From the NCBI GenBank assembly GCA_965219415.1, contig CBDCNP010000002.1:1280001-1344000 (forward strand): 64,000 nt of DNA. Direction: 5' to 3'. Origin of the DNA: Candidatus Marinacidobacterales bacterium. GTDB lineage: Bacteria; Acidobacteriota; Vicinamibacteria; Marinacidobacterales; DATDRI01. The position numbers and the translations under genes are program-made. Position 1 is the stretch's first letter. Every line of letters begins with the position of its first letter. Below, one piece after another: positions 10,168-19,986 of this stretch. The notes below the pieces were generated by a model that was given only the letters and a program-made list of their open reading frames with translations, had not been told where the DNA came from and did no database searches.

Positions 10168-11184
10168 TCACCGGCCATGATCACGTGATCCAAATTCAGA
10201 AGGGACCGTCACACCATAGGCTACTCGCGGTTCACGGGAAAACATGCCGGCCCTTGAACCTCGTGTGGCCGACGAACGAGGCGGCTTGCCCTTGGAACGC
10301 CTCGTCGACCTGGGCAGGGGCAAGGGCTTCTCGATCACACCAAACGGCCCTTCCCAAGTGAGGCGATTGGGAGCCCGCCCCTTGACCTTCAAACGCCCCT
10401 GCGTGATCGCAGCATGACACACCGCGCAGACGGTGTGTAAATTCCAAGTCTCATCGGGACCGCAGCGGGCCCGCGGAATAATGTGATTCGCGGTCAGAGA
10501 GGTTCGATTGCTACATCCCGGCCGAGTACATTTCCATCCGTCCCGTTCGGCGACCTGGCGTACGTAGCCGCCATCGGTTTCCGGGCCGTCTCCAAATGCA
10601 GGCGTCGTAGCGTAGCCGCAGAGTGCCTCAGCGCACATGAGATCGAAGACTTCGATGTCGCTCAATGTCTTCCCTGCAAGCCGCTCGAGAGCCTCTCGTG
10701 CCTGCTCCCAGGCTTCGACGCGATCGCCTTCGAGCACAAAGAAGAGCGTTTTCTTTGTCGTCGGCGGCTGCTTGCGTTTGACTTCCTGCTCGAGCTGACG
10801 GTTGCTCATGCTCTGGCACCGGTCGAGCCACTTGGCCTCCGTCTTGGGCGTCGCCACTTTGACGACCTCCCGCGCCTTCGTCCAGGGAATGTCGCCGCGG
10901 CGAAACGCTTTCTTCAATCGAGGCAGATCTTCGAAACGCTCGGCCATCTTGACCAGCGAGCGAGTCTTGCGATCTTCGAACCCCAGTCTTTCTCGCGCGT
11001 AATCGACGGTCGAGGCGAAACCATATTTGACGTAGAGCTGTCGGTTCTCGACCTCCTGGAGATAGAAGCACAAAACGGACTCCACGCGGCGGTGCACACG
11101 AGCGGCCGCGACGAGGCGTCGATCGACCTCGCTCGGGGGAAGACCTTTTTCCATTTCGAGAGCGGTTTCGGCAGGGAGGGACAT
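10168..11184 (-). CDS. HNH endonuclease with DUF222-like N-terminal domain
   Basis: C-terminal RDGWKCTRPGC...NHIIPRARCG...NLHTVCAVCH zinc-HNH. N-terminal helical region (YGFASTVDYARERLG, LPRLKKAFRRGDIPWTKAR) is typical of DUF222-like HNH genes. AAAAGGAG RBS. Confidence 0.85.
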   Translation of the reverse strand: MSLPAETALEMEKGLPPSEVDRRLVAAARVHRRVESVLCFYLQEVENRQLYVKYGFASTVDYARERLGFEDRKTRSLVKMAERFEDLPRLKKAFRRGDIPWTKAREVVKVATPKTEAKWLDRCQSMSNRQLEQEVKRKQPPTTKKTLFFVLEGDRVEAWEQAREALERLAGKTLSDIEVFDLMCAEALCGYATTPAFGDGPETDGGYVRQVAERDGWKCTRPGCSNRTSLTANHIIPRARCGPDETWNLHTVCAVCHAAITQGRLKVKGRAPNRLTWEGPFGVIEKPLPLPRSTRRSKGKPPRSSATRGSRAGMFSREPRVAYGVTVPSEFGSRDHGR

Positions 11185-11234
11185 GGCGCTTACTCCTTTT
11201 AGAATGAGTAGGTTATTACGAAAACGACACTCTT

Positions 11235-11263
11235 AATATAGGAGTAAGTTCAGTGAAAGTCAA
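11235..11263 (-). promoter_or_regulatory. Sigma70-type promoter of the HNH gene
   Basis: Minus strand reads TTGACT-N17-TATATT, preceded by an A/T-rich UP-like tract. Confidence 0.75.
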
Positions 11264-11402
11264 TACACTAAGGCCCGCCAAACATATGAAAAAAAAGGAG
11301 TTATAGAAAAAATAAAACTGCTGAAGGAGCGAGCGTACCAGCTAAACTATTGAAAATTAGACGCTTAAACCGGCTGCTACGATCGTCTTCTCAACAGTGC
11401 CC

Positions 11403-13200
11403 TTAGGAGCAGTGGGAGTGCCAGTCGAAGCTTGAGGGGACGAAGGGCTTGGCGCGGGCCCGCTCGCTCAAGCGCTTCGGCCCAGCCCGGACTGAAGCGT
11501 CGGGACCAAGCACGGCGCCGTAGGCTTCGGACACGCAGTCGTCGAGCTCGCGGCAGGCCTTCGAGTCATCGTCGCGATAGTCGTTCCACAGCACGACGAA
11601 GCCGTCGGCGCGGGCCTCGACCTTGATTGCCCCGGTGGCCGTCACCGACAGCGTGAAGGTAGGCGCCGCGTCGGGGCCGAGCTTTAATTCCTCGCCCCGT
11701 CGAGATAGACCCAGGCCTCGTGACTTCCCGTTCCACGCTGCAGCTCCGAAGTACGCCTGCGAGCGGCTCTCGGGCGACAGCGATCGGGCCCCATGGCTGC
11801 GCCCCTCGGCGTCGAAGTTGAAGCGCTGCGCGTACAGTCCCATCATGTCCGCCGGATCGTCGCCGAGGGTGCCCGAGTCGGACCATGCGAGGTCGAGGAT
11901 ATCGCGCTCGAAGCGGGCGCCGGCCAGCGAGTGCGAAGGATCGAACTCGAAGTGAACGGGCTCGCCGAGAGGTTGGCCATCGGCATCGAGGCGCTGCATG
12001 ACCCCGCCCTCGCTCGCACCTTGCTCGAGCCATACGGCCAGTAGCCCGGGGTCGTCGGGCAGCAGCACGAAATCCGTGAACTGCTCAGCGAGGTGGCTAG
12101 GTGGACCGAGCGGCTGACCCGAGCGCGCGAGCATGCTCAGCTGTAGCCCACCGTGCTCCTCGTCACCCTCATGAAGCAGTGCGACGCGATCACCGCGCGC
12201 GACGAGTTGCGTGAAGTAGGGATTGCCGGGACCGCCCTGGATGACCCGCGTGCCACCGACGACAGGCATGGTGCCGTCGAGCATGACCGGGAACGCCTCG
12301 ACGCGCCGATCGCCAACGGGCCCCGGCGTCGCGACTACGAGCAGACCGCTCCCGACGGCGACGACACTTATCCAGCCAACCTCGTCGCCCGATCCGCGTA
12401 GGTGCAGGGCGTCGCCGCTCGCTGTCAGATCGCCGTGTAGCGCCTGCAGCCAGATGTTCCCGCCGCGCTGCCGCTCGCGGTCGACGACTCGGTGTCGGTA
12501 GTCGCTGAATACTAGCCAAATTCCGCCATCGTCGCGGGGCAGTAGCCTAGTCGGGGTGACGTCGGCGTGCTCGTGGTTGGCGTCGGCCGCTAGTTGGTCG
12601 GCGGGGCATTTCCACATCGCAAGGTCGCCGCCGGTGATCTCGACGTCGACGGGGTTAGACACTAGCTGTAGCGGCGTCGCGCCCTCGATGCCCTGGGCGA
12701 GATACCGGACCCGCAGCAAGTAGCTCCCCGGTCTCGCGCTCGCCATTACTTCGTGGCTCCTGCGCGCAGTTGGACCGCTTCGCAACGCCGCGACCGCACC
12801 AGGCATCACCTTCACGAGGTCAACCCACGGCCACGGGGTCGAGAGTCCCGCACCGCAAGGCGGGCGCGAATCCGAGAGGATCTGGGATCTCTGCGCCGCT
12901 TTGATCGGTCCATTCGAGTTCGTAGCGAGGGCTGCGGGCAAGCTCCCACGAGCCGTAGATTGGTCGCACCAAGGTCACGCTCTCGCCCGAGTCATTACGC
13001 ACGTGCATCTCGAGCGCGAGTTCGTCCCCCACGCCGACGCGGGCATTCGCGCGCAGCTGCAGGACGACGTTGCTGGCGACATTCGGCTGTAGCCCGCTGG
13101 GCTGCTTGGTCGCGACTGGCAGGCTTTCGGTGTCGCGGCGGCAGGAGACGGCGGCAGTGAGCGCGACTAGCCCGAACGCAATGCTTCGGTGGATTCGCAC
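11403..13200 (-). pseudogene. Frameshifted putative lipoprotein (Ig-like N-terminal region plus beta-propeller-like repeats)
   Basis: ORF 12820-13200 carries the lipobox-like signal MRIHRSIAFGLVALTAAVSC. Removing one base at ~12822 (GGT TGA CCT to GGT GAC CTC) joins it to ORF 11403-12941. Confidence 0.65.
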
Positions 13201-13385
13201 CCTTCCAGACTATCAAGTTTGGCTTGCGGGGGCATCACGGACACAAGGGCTAGCGCGTAGCGCAGGTCTCGTGCCGGTCAAGCTGCTCGAGATCGAGCAT
13301 CGGGACAACAGGTGTGGCTCAACCGGCCCGGTCGATATGTGCATAAGCGTACCGAGGCGCCGGCGCGCGCGAACGTGGGAAGAAT

Positions 13386-16300
13386 CTATTGGGTTTCCTC
13401 CTCCTTCGGCTTCGGTGGTCGGGGACGGTGCATGCTGAGACTTATTCCATCAAAGAACGTCTTCGTGCTCCTTTCCACGACGTGGTCCCCTTCGACCAAG
13501 TGGTCCAGGTTCGCTTTGTCCCACTGTAGACCCGCGGTCGCGACGAGCTTCATCCAATCGCCGTAAGCGGTCTCGTCAGGCGCTTCGGTGGCCCCGTAGA
13601 AGATCGTCACCTTCGGGTTCCTGACCATGAAATTGTCGCCCACCGTATCTCTGGTACCCGGATCTGCTTCCCATCCCTTGATCGAACTGTAGATGAGCAC
13701 GTCATTGGTGAAATCCAACTTGAAGTTTTCTGAATCGTGGGCGAAGCCAAAGCGCCGGTAGCGATCGTAGTTCCGCTCGTTGAGGGCCCTGAGCTCGGGG
13801 ACGGCGTTGATGTACTCGGTGATCCGCTCGCGGATCTGGAACGCCGCCTCCTTGTGCCGAGGATACTTGGGGTCGTCGAGGTAGTTGAAGCTCGGGATGA
13901 ACCAGCCGCGAGTCCCCCACCAGTCGCGGGATTCGGTGGCTCGATTGCGCACCCATGCGGCGTACTCCGAGAAGAGCTGGACCCATTCGTGCGAAGGGTA
14001 CCCATGAGGATTGAGAAAGATGTCCGGGAGCCAGGTCTGCCACAACTGCACGCGGTGCTTCGATTCTGGATAGATCGGATCGGAGTCCCAGCGGGTGACC
14101 AGGGTGACCCCCAGTGGGCCCAGGTACCCGGCATGAAGCATGTAATCGGGGGTGATCTCGTAGAGGTCGTACGCGAGCTGGGCACCATCCGCGTTCGTGA
14201 TGGGGTGCACCACGACGTTCACCCGGTCGAGCTTCTTCCGGAACTCGGGATCAGTCAAGAGCATCTCGGAGAGCCTCAAGAGGTGGCTCGTCGACGATAC
14301 CTCGTTGGCGTCTTGCCGACCGGAATAGACGATGGTGGGCTTGAGCGTGGTGGCCTTGGCGTGGGACCAGTGGGAAGCCTCGATCGGCGGCATCAGGTCC
14401 ATGACCCAAATGTCCTTGCCGAGGTAGCTCTCGCCGAGTTTATAGGCGTTGACTTCGTCGAAGGTCGACAGTTTGGCGACCAGCTCAGCCGCCTCCGGCG
14501 GTGGAATGGGCGTATCCCACTGGACGATGGGCCCGCCTTCGTATCGGTATCCGCTAGGCAACTCGGCGCGGATATCGGGGAAGGGTGCCGGCGTTCCGCT
14601 CTGGTCGAGTGAGATCCGTGCCTCCGTTGCCGGGTTGACCTCGTGTTCCCAGCCAGCCGCGATCGTCAAGACCCCGAGGTCGTGATACGCCAAGGCGTCC
14701 CGGTACAAACCCGCCCCCCGCAGGCCCTCCAGGTTGGCGAGAATCGCCTTCACTTGCTCGGCCGAAAGGATCTGTTCGTCGACCTGCTCGGCCCGCTTCC
14801 GCTTCACGAGCGCGTCGCGTTCATCCGTCTCGCTGTCCACCTTGACACGCAGGTCGAGTCGCTCGAGACCCGGGTGGCCGACCCGGACCCGAGCGGCCAT
14901 CGCCTTTGGCTTCTTGATTTTGACTTTGGGAACGTCGAGGCGCGCTTCACCACGGCGACCGCCGCGCTCGGCGTAGTCGATGACGACCGCCGGACGGTTG
15001 GTACGGAAACCGGAGAAAGTGATCTTTGCCTGCCCCGGCTTGCCGTCTCCCTTGGGACGCATGATGGGGATGACGCGCCCGATGTAGTCGAGCGCCTCGC
15101 CGCGGGTAAAGCGGCCCAGGACGTCGAAGTAGTGGAGGGTGTGGAAGTAGATTTCCTCATGCATCGCCTCCATTGAAGCGATGAGCTCCCTATCGAGGTC
15201 GATCAAGTAGTCGGGCTCGCTCAGGGTCAATTCCACGACGAGCTTCCCGAAATGAGGCGCGTCGGACTTCCTGGGCTTGCCCTTGGAATTCTTCATCACG
15301 TAGTCGTAGACTGCCGGCAGCGTCTTTGCCTGGTAGTGGTCCCAGAAGCGCTCGACGTCGGTGACGATCCTGCGATCCACGATCGTGTCGTTCCCCACCC
15401 GAGCGGTGATCCATCCGGTGGTCACCCGGACTTTCTCGTAATCGGGGAAGCGGTCGAAGAACGACCTCACGACGAACTTGGGCTCGAACGTCGACCGCAA
15501 GATCTCGGTCCCATCCGGGGCGGTGGCAACCGCCTCATAGGTGGGGGCGCCGATGGGCATCATCTCGAAGCCGATCTGATCCAAATCGAGCTTCAGCTCC
15601 CTCGCCAATATCTCGTCGATCGGGTAGAGCTCCAACATCCACCGCGACGGGGTGTTCATCGCCTGTTGTTTCCACTCCGGCGGAGGCCCAGACTCGGCGA
15701 ACCGAATGGTCAAATGATCGATCGTTTTCCCTTCGAGCGCCGGACGCACTACGTCGTAGAGCCAGCTGTAACCTTGCTTGTAGGCGGAAATAACGGTGAC
15801 TTGGGTGCCCGCCTCCGCGGCACCGGCGAGGATCAGCTCCGCCTTTGCCTGGCCTTCGATCTTCGCCCGGACCTCCGGCGGCTCGCTCAGGCGCACTTCG
15901 AGCACTACCGGTTGCCCCCTCCGGACTCCCGAAAGGACCTTAGAGCGGAAGCTCGTCCAGAAGTCGTCCACCTCGGAAGCCACCTCGAACTCCTCCTCGA
16001 AAATGATCGCGGCCTTCTCCACATCCCGGTCATCGATGATCACGTCCAGGGAGTCCGCGCCGAGTGCTGCGGCACGCTCTCGCACTACTTGCTCGAAGCC
16101 GTCGGCGGGCTTGTCGACGGAGACCACAACGTGGGCCGATTCCAGATCCTTCCCCGAGAGCTTCTCGGCCAACTTCTCCAACTTGTACAGCGCGGTAGCC
16201 GCCTGCCCGGAAGGGGATCGACCCGAAAGGAAGCGTCGCGCGTCCTCTTCGATGCCATCAATCGTGGTCCGATCCTTGCCGCGCTCCCAGACGTTGGGGA

Positions 16301-17603
16301 AGCGTTCGGCGACTTGCTGGAGTGCCCGTTCCACGCCCGCGCCGTCGGCTCCGGTTACCACCACCGCGCTCTTCTCCCCGAAAGCCTTGGGCACCACTTG
16401 GATGAGACCCTCGCCCGCTTCAAGGGGAGGGAGCTGCAACTTCCCCTCGTCCACTAGGCGCTCCACTAACGGGTGCCCGTGACCGATGAGCACGAGCGTC
16501 GGCTGGTCTTCCGGCTTTTCGATCGCCTTTGGATCGCGAGCAAGGGGAATAGAGATCCCCGCCGACTCGAGCCCAATGCGAGCCGCGAGATCGACTGTCG
16601 CTTCGATTCCCCCACCGGAAGGACTCAGCAACACGTCGACGCGGTCGGCGATCAGGTCCTCGTTGGAATCCCCGAGGAATCCCTCGGGAGTGTATATGTT
16701 CGAAAGATCGAGGTCCGACTTCGCGTCCGATCCGGGTCGAGGCGGCGTCGGCCCGCGGGTCGGGATCGCCGGAGAGCTCGGCACCTCCACTTCCACCGGC
16801 TGGGCGCCGGGAGCGGACAGGACCACGCGCAAGACTTCCGCGCCGGCGTAGGACAGCGGTGCACTCGCCTCGGACGCCCGGTTGGCCAGTGCGCGGAGCT
16901 CAGCCGCGGCCTTGCCGACATCGGTGTCAGATGCGAGCGTGGCCATCGCATCAAGCCTCATCAGTTTGCTCCCTCCGGTTCCTACATAGAGGGCCGGGAC
17001 CCATACCGCGTTGACCGAAATCTCTCGATCGGTCAAGAAGGCGCGGAGCTCCTCGACCACTTTTTCGAGGGTGGGACCTTCCGGATCCCAGACGAAGGGT
17101 AAGCGCCCCGACAGAACTTCGGCCGCGGCCCTGGTTCCCGTCTCGTCCGCTCCCGCCACCACCAACCACTCACGTCCATCCGCGGTGAGAAGCTTGACGA
17201 GGCCTTCGCCGCTCTCCAATTCCGCGAGGCCGACCTCGGTGGCCGCAACCCCGGCTCGCGTGAGGGCGGCCGACCCCACAAGAATCGCCGGCCCCGACGA
17301 CCCCTCCATGGAAGCGAGCGGGATGTCCATTGCCATCGTCTCGTAGCCGAGCCTCGCAGCGACGTCGGCTGCAGCAGCAACATCGCTGACCGTCGGTGAC
17401 TCCCCTACAACAATAGCGGCGTCGACGAAGTCGATGACCTCGTCGCCGTTGCGATCTTGAAGAATGCGACCAGGCGAGAAGACCGCCTCCAGTCCGGAGG
17501 GCGCAGGTTCCTGGGCGGTCGCGCCCCCACCCACCACGCTCATGAGAACGACGGCGGCTAGCACTGCGCGTAACGAGAAATTTCGATCCTGGATTAGTTC
17601 CAT
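13386..17603 (-). CDS. Giant secreted multidomain protein with M14-like domain (paralog 2, 1405 aa; DxxE instead of HxxE)
   Basis: Colinear with paralog 1 along its length. Signal peptide; SGRQDANE, HPITNADG, DIFLNPHGYP, TEAPDET; GAGGAG RBS. Confidence 0.85.
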   Translation of the reverse strand: MELIQDRNFSLRAVLAAVVLMSVVGGGATAQEPAPSGLEAVFSPGRILQDRNGDEVIDFVDAAIVVGESPTVSDVAAAADVAARLGYETMAMDIPLASMEGSSGPAILVGSAALTRAGVAATEVGLAELESGEGLVKLLTADGREWLVVAGADETGTRAAAEVLSGRLPFVWDPEGPTLEKVVEELRAFLTDREISVNAVWVPALYVGTGGSKLMRLDAMATLASDTDVGKAAAELRALANRASEASAPLSYAGAEVLRVVLSAPGAQPVEVEVPSSPAIPTRGPTPPRPGSDAKSDLDLSNIYTPEGFLGDSNEDLIADRVDVLLSPSGGGIEATVDLAARIGLESAGISIPLARDPKAIEKPEDQPTLVLIGHGHPLVERLVDEGKLQLPPLEAGEGLIQVVPKAFGEKSAVVVTGADGAGVERALQQVAERFPNVWERGKDRTTIDGIEEDARRFLSGRSPSGQAATALYKLEKLAEKLSGKDLESAHVVVSVDKPADGFEQVVRERAAALGADSLDVIIDDRDVEKAAIIFEEEFEVASEVDDFWTSFRSKVLSGVRRGQPVVLEVRLSEPPEVRAKIEGQAKAELILAGAAEAGTQVTVISAYKQGYSWLYDVVRPALEGKTIDHLTIRFAESGPPPEWKQQAMNTPSRWMLELYPIDEILARELKLDLDQIGFEMMPIGAPTYEAVATAPDGTEILRSTFEPKFVVRSFFDRFPDYEKVRVTTGWITARVGNDTIVDRRIVTDVERFWDHYQAKTLPAVYDYVMKNSKGKPRKSDAPHFGKLVVELTLSEPDYLIDLDRELIASMEAMHEEIYFHTLHYFDVLGRFTRGEALDYIGRVIPIMRPKGDGKPGQAKITFSGFRTNRPAVVIDYAERGGRRGEARLDVPKVKIKKPKAMAARVRVGHPGLERLDLRVKVDSETDERDALVKRKRAEQVDEQILSAEQVKAILANLEGLRGAGLYRDALAYHDLGVLTIAAGWEHEVNPATEARISLDQSGTPAPFPDIRAELPSGYRYEGGPIVQWDTPIPPPEAAELVAKLSTFDEVNAYKLGESYLGKDIWVMDLMPPIEASHWSHAKATTLKPTIVYSGRQDANEVSSTSHLLRLSEMLLTDPEFRKKLDRVNVVVHPITNADGAQLAYDLYEITPDYMLHAGYLGPLGVTLVTRWDSDPIYPESKHRVQLWQTWLPDIFLNPHGYPSHEWVQLFSEYAAWVRNRATESRDWWGTRGWFIPSFNYLDDPKYPRHKEAAFQIRERITEYINAVPELRALNERNYDRYRRFGFAHDSENFKLDFTNDVLIYSSIKGWEADPGTRDTVGDNFMVRNPKVTIFYGATEAPDETAYGDWMKLVATAGLQWDKANLDHLVEGDHVVERSTKTFFDGISLSMHRPRPPKPKEEETQ

Positions 17604-17627
17604 TTCTTGCTCCTCAGTTCATCCGTT

Positions 17628-19841
17628 CTAGACTCGGAAGAGGTACGTCCATTTGACGACGAAGCTTCTCTCGTTGAGGATCCAGATATCCCCCGGCTGG
17701 CTCACCCGCTCGTTGAAGACGACATAAATGTCGCTGCCGGGACGGTACGTGTAGCGCAAGCGAACATTGACACCGAATTCGCGGCTCACGTTATTCCACT
17801 GGACCAGTGCCGCTCCGAAAAGGCGAGTGTTGAGGGCGACGCTGGTGCGCATCGCCACTAAGTGGGTGCGGAGGTCTCCCGCCATCAGTCGTATATCACG
17901 AGTCGAGTAGTCGAGGCCAAGGAATAAATGCCGATTGACCTTGAGCTGGGTGACGGTGCCTAGGTCTTGTCGGGTGCCGTCGAAGAAGCCCCCACTGCTC
18001 AGGTTCACCGCTGTCGCGAGCGTCCGGTGTTGGGCAGAGACGAAACGAGCGTTCCAATGGTCAAATCGGTACTCGCCGGGGGCGACCTCGAGCACACCCG
18101 CGACCCGGAACGGCCGCTCGAGAGCCTCGTAAGACCGCAGCCAGGCGAAGGAAGCGACGTCGGCGCTGTCGAACTCGACCTCGACACCCGTCTCCAGATG
18201 GCGGGTTTCCAGCAACCCGCGGAGGTTCTCGACGTAGTCCAGCGAGGAGCGGAAGTAGACCTTGCGCACGCCCAGACGGCCGGGTCGGGGGCTCACCTGC
18301 AGGCGAACGAAACGACGGTCCATGTCGTCTCTCTGGACGAACCCCACCTCCGGCCTAAAGGTATCGCCCACCTGCATCCAGTCGGTTTCCAAACCCAGCA
18401 GATCGCTTTCTAAAAGGAGATGCACGCGGTAGGACGTGGAGCTCGTTCCAGGAGTGTCCTGATTGCTTCGGGCCCAGAACAGATCCACTTTGCTCTTGGA
18501 AAAGAAGGCGAAATTGGCGTCGAACCCCGCCACCAGGTTGGCAGAGGAATCGACGGGTCCGGTCCGGCGGCGATCGGTAAAAAGTAGACCGAGGCTCGAC
18601 CTCCCGAGAACGTCTCGCTTGAGCCGCAAGACGGAGAACGAAGTCGCAGGATAGAGGGCCAGGTCTTTGGTGCGCATCCCGAGAAATCCCAGACTGTAGT
18701 GCCCGAGCTTTCCGGTGAGCCGGGCCCCCCCGCGAATAGGCACCGGGCGACCTTCCTCCAGTCCGATCCTTCGACTGAAGAAAGGCAGGACGCGGTAGTT
18801 TCCCCGCCTCAATCCGAAATCGAAGATCCCGCGGCCTTCTTGAAAAAAGTCGCGCTTCTCGGGAAAGAAGAGTCCGAAACGCGTGAGGTTGATCTGCTGT
18901 TGGTCCACCTCGACGTCGGAGAAATCGGTGTTGACGGTCAAATCGAGGTTCAGGTTGGGTGTGAACCCGTACTTGATGTCGATCCCCGGCTGAAAGGCGT
19001 CCCGAGTGGGCAACTCTCCGGGTAACTCCTCTCGAGTCTCGACCGCCGCGGCGGTCACGAAGGGTTTGAACTCGAGGTTGCGGCTTTCGCTGATACCGTC
19101 CAGCCCCTCCAGCACCCCCGCCGAGGACAGTTTCCCGATTCCCGCGGTTGAGTACGACGCCGGGATGGCGGTCGCGTAGGTCCACTCGTTCTTATGCAGG
19201 ATCACGCGGCGGAAGTTGATTCCCCACCCAACATCCTCCCCGTTATAGCGAAGGCTCTTGAACGGAATCTCCACCTCCGCGGACCAACCTTCCGGTCCGA
19301 CGCGGGTCGCCACGTCCCAGACCGGATCCCAATATCGATTCCAATGGCGTCCTTCATCGGTGCAGGCCCAATCGTCACGGGCCCCGAGCGCGTTGAAGGT
19401 GAAGAGGTAACCGTTACGATGATCGTGGAACGTATCCAGGATGATGGAGAAGGTGTCGTCTCGCACGTGCATTCGACCGGGAGAATCACGGCGTAGCTCG
19501 TCGGCAATGATCTTTTGCGGATCGCTATAAAAGACCGTGACCCCGAAATACAGATTGTCGCGCGTGTAAACGATCCGGACTTCCGTTCTTTCGGTGGCCG
19601 GCTTCCCCTCGTCCGGAACTTGTTGAAGAAACTTGTCGAACCGAGGAGCATCCTTCCAGAGCGGCTCGTCCAGAACTCCATCGAGTCTCGGAGCCTCGGA
19701 TACCGGAACCGCGCTGAGTACCGTTTCGGCTTCCGCCACGGCCTGGTGAAGACCGGCCGCAAGCGCCTCCGTCCCCAACAAGAGGAGCGTTGCGAAGACG
19801 AGCAGAACCGGGACCGGTCGCAAAGGCCCTTTTCCTCGCAT
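17628..19841 (-). CDS. CBM9-like/DUF5916 outer-membrane protein (copy 1)
   Basis: APRLDGVLDEPLW, TERTEVRIVY, DTFHDHRNGY, LDLTVNTDFSDVEVD and FFPEKRDFFQEG motifs; beta-barrel-like C-terminus FVVKWTYLFRV. Start reassigned to MRGKG (signal peptide). Confidence 0.82.
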   Translation of the reverse strand: MRGKGPLRPVPVLLVFATLLLLGTEALAAGLHQAVAEAETVLSAVPVSEAPRLDGVLDEPLWKDAPRFDKFLQQVPDEGKPATERTEVRIVYTRDNLYFGVTVFYSDPQKIIADELRRDSPGRMHVRDDTFSIILDTFHDHRNGYLFTFNALGARDDWACTDEGRHWNRYWDPVWDVATRVGPEGWSAEVEIPFKSLRYNGEDVGWGINFRRVILHKNEWTYATAIPASYSTAGIGKLSSAGVLEGLDGISESRNLEFKPFVTAAAVETREELPGELPTRDAFQPGIDIKYGFTPNLNLDLTVNTDFSDVEVDQQQINLTRFGLFFPEKRDFFQEGRGIFDFGLRRGNYRVLPFFSRRIGLEEGRPVPIRGGARLTGKLGHYSLGFLGMRTKDLALYPATSFSVLRLKRDVLGRSSLGLLFTDRRRTGPVDSSANLVAGFDANFAFFSKSKVDLFWARSNQDTPGTSSTSYRVHLLLESDLLGLETDWMQVGDTFRPEVGFVQRDDMDRRFVRLQVSPRPGRLGVRKVYFRSSLDYVENLRGLLETRHLETGVEVEFDSADVASFAWLRSYEALERPFRVAGVLEVAPGEYRFDHWNARFVSAQHRTLATAVNLSSGGFFDGTRQDLGTVTQLKVNRHLFLGLDYSTRDIRLMAGDLRTHLVAMRTSVALNTRLFGAALVQWNNVSREFGVNVRLRYTYRPGSDIYVVFNERVSQPGDIWILNERSFVVKWTYLFRV
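19564..19616. repeat. 53-bp exact direct repeat (second copy at 31649-31701), part of the ~2.1 kb duplicated DUF5916 gene
   Basis: GTGTAAACGATCCGGACTTCCGTTCTTTCGGTGGCCGGCTTCCCCTCGTCCGG occurs at both positions, and many other shared tracts run along the two genes. Confidence 0.9.
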
Positions 19842-19986
19842 CACCGTTTGGTGGTTAGAGTTGGCGTCGCGTCCACTTGAGGATCTGTGGGCTTGAACGC
19901 CTGCCGAGATTCTCGGCATTTAAGCACGATCTAGTGCGGCGGCGCCATTCCCACCTAGACTGGGGTACCAATGATGGGGGTTTGGG

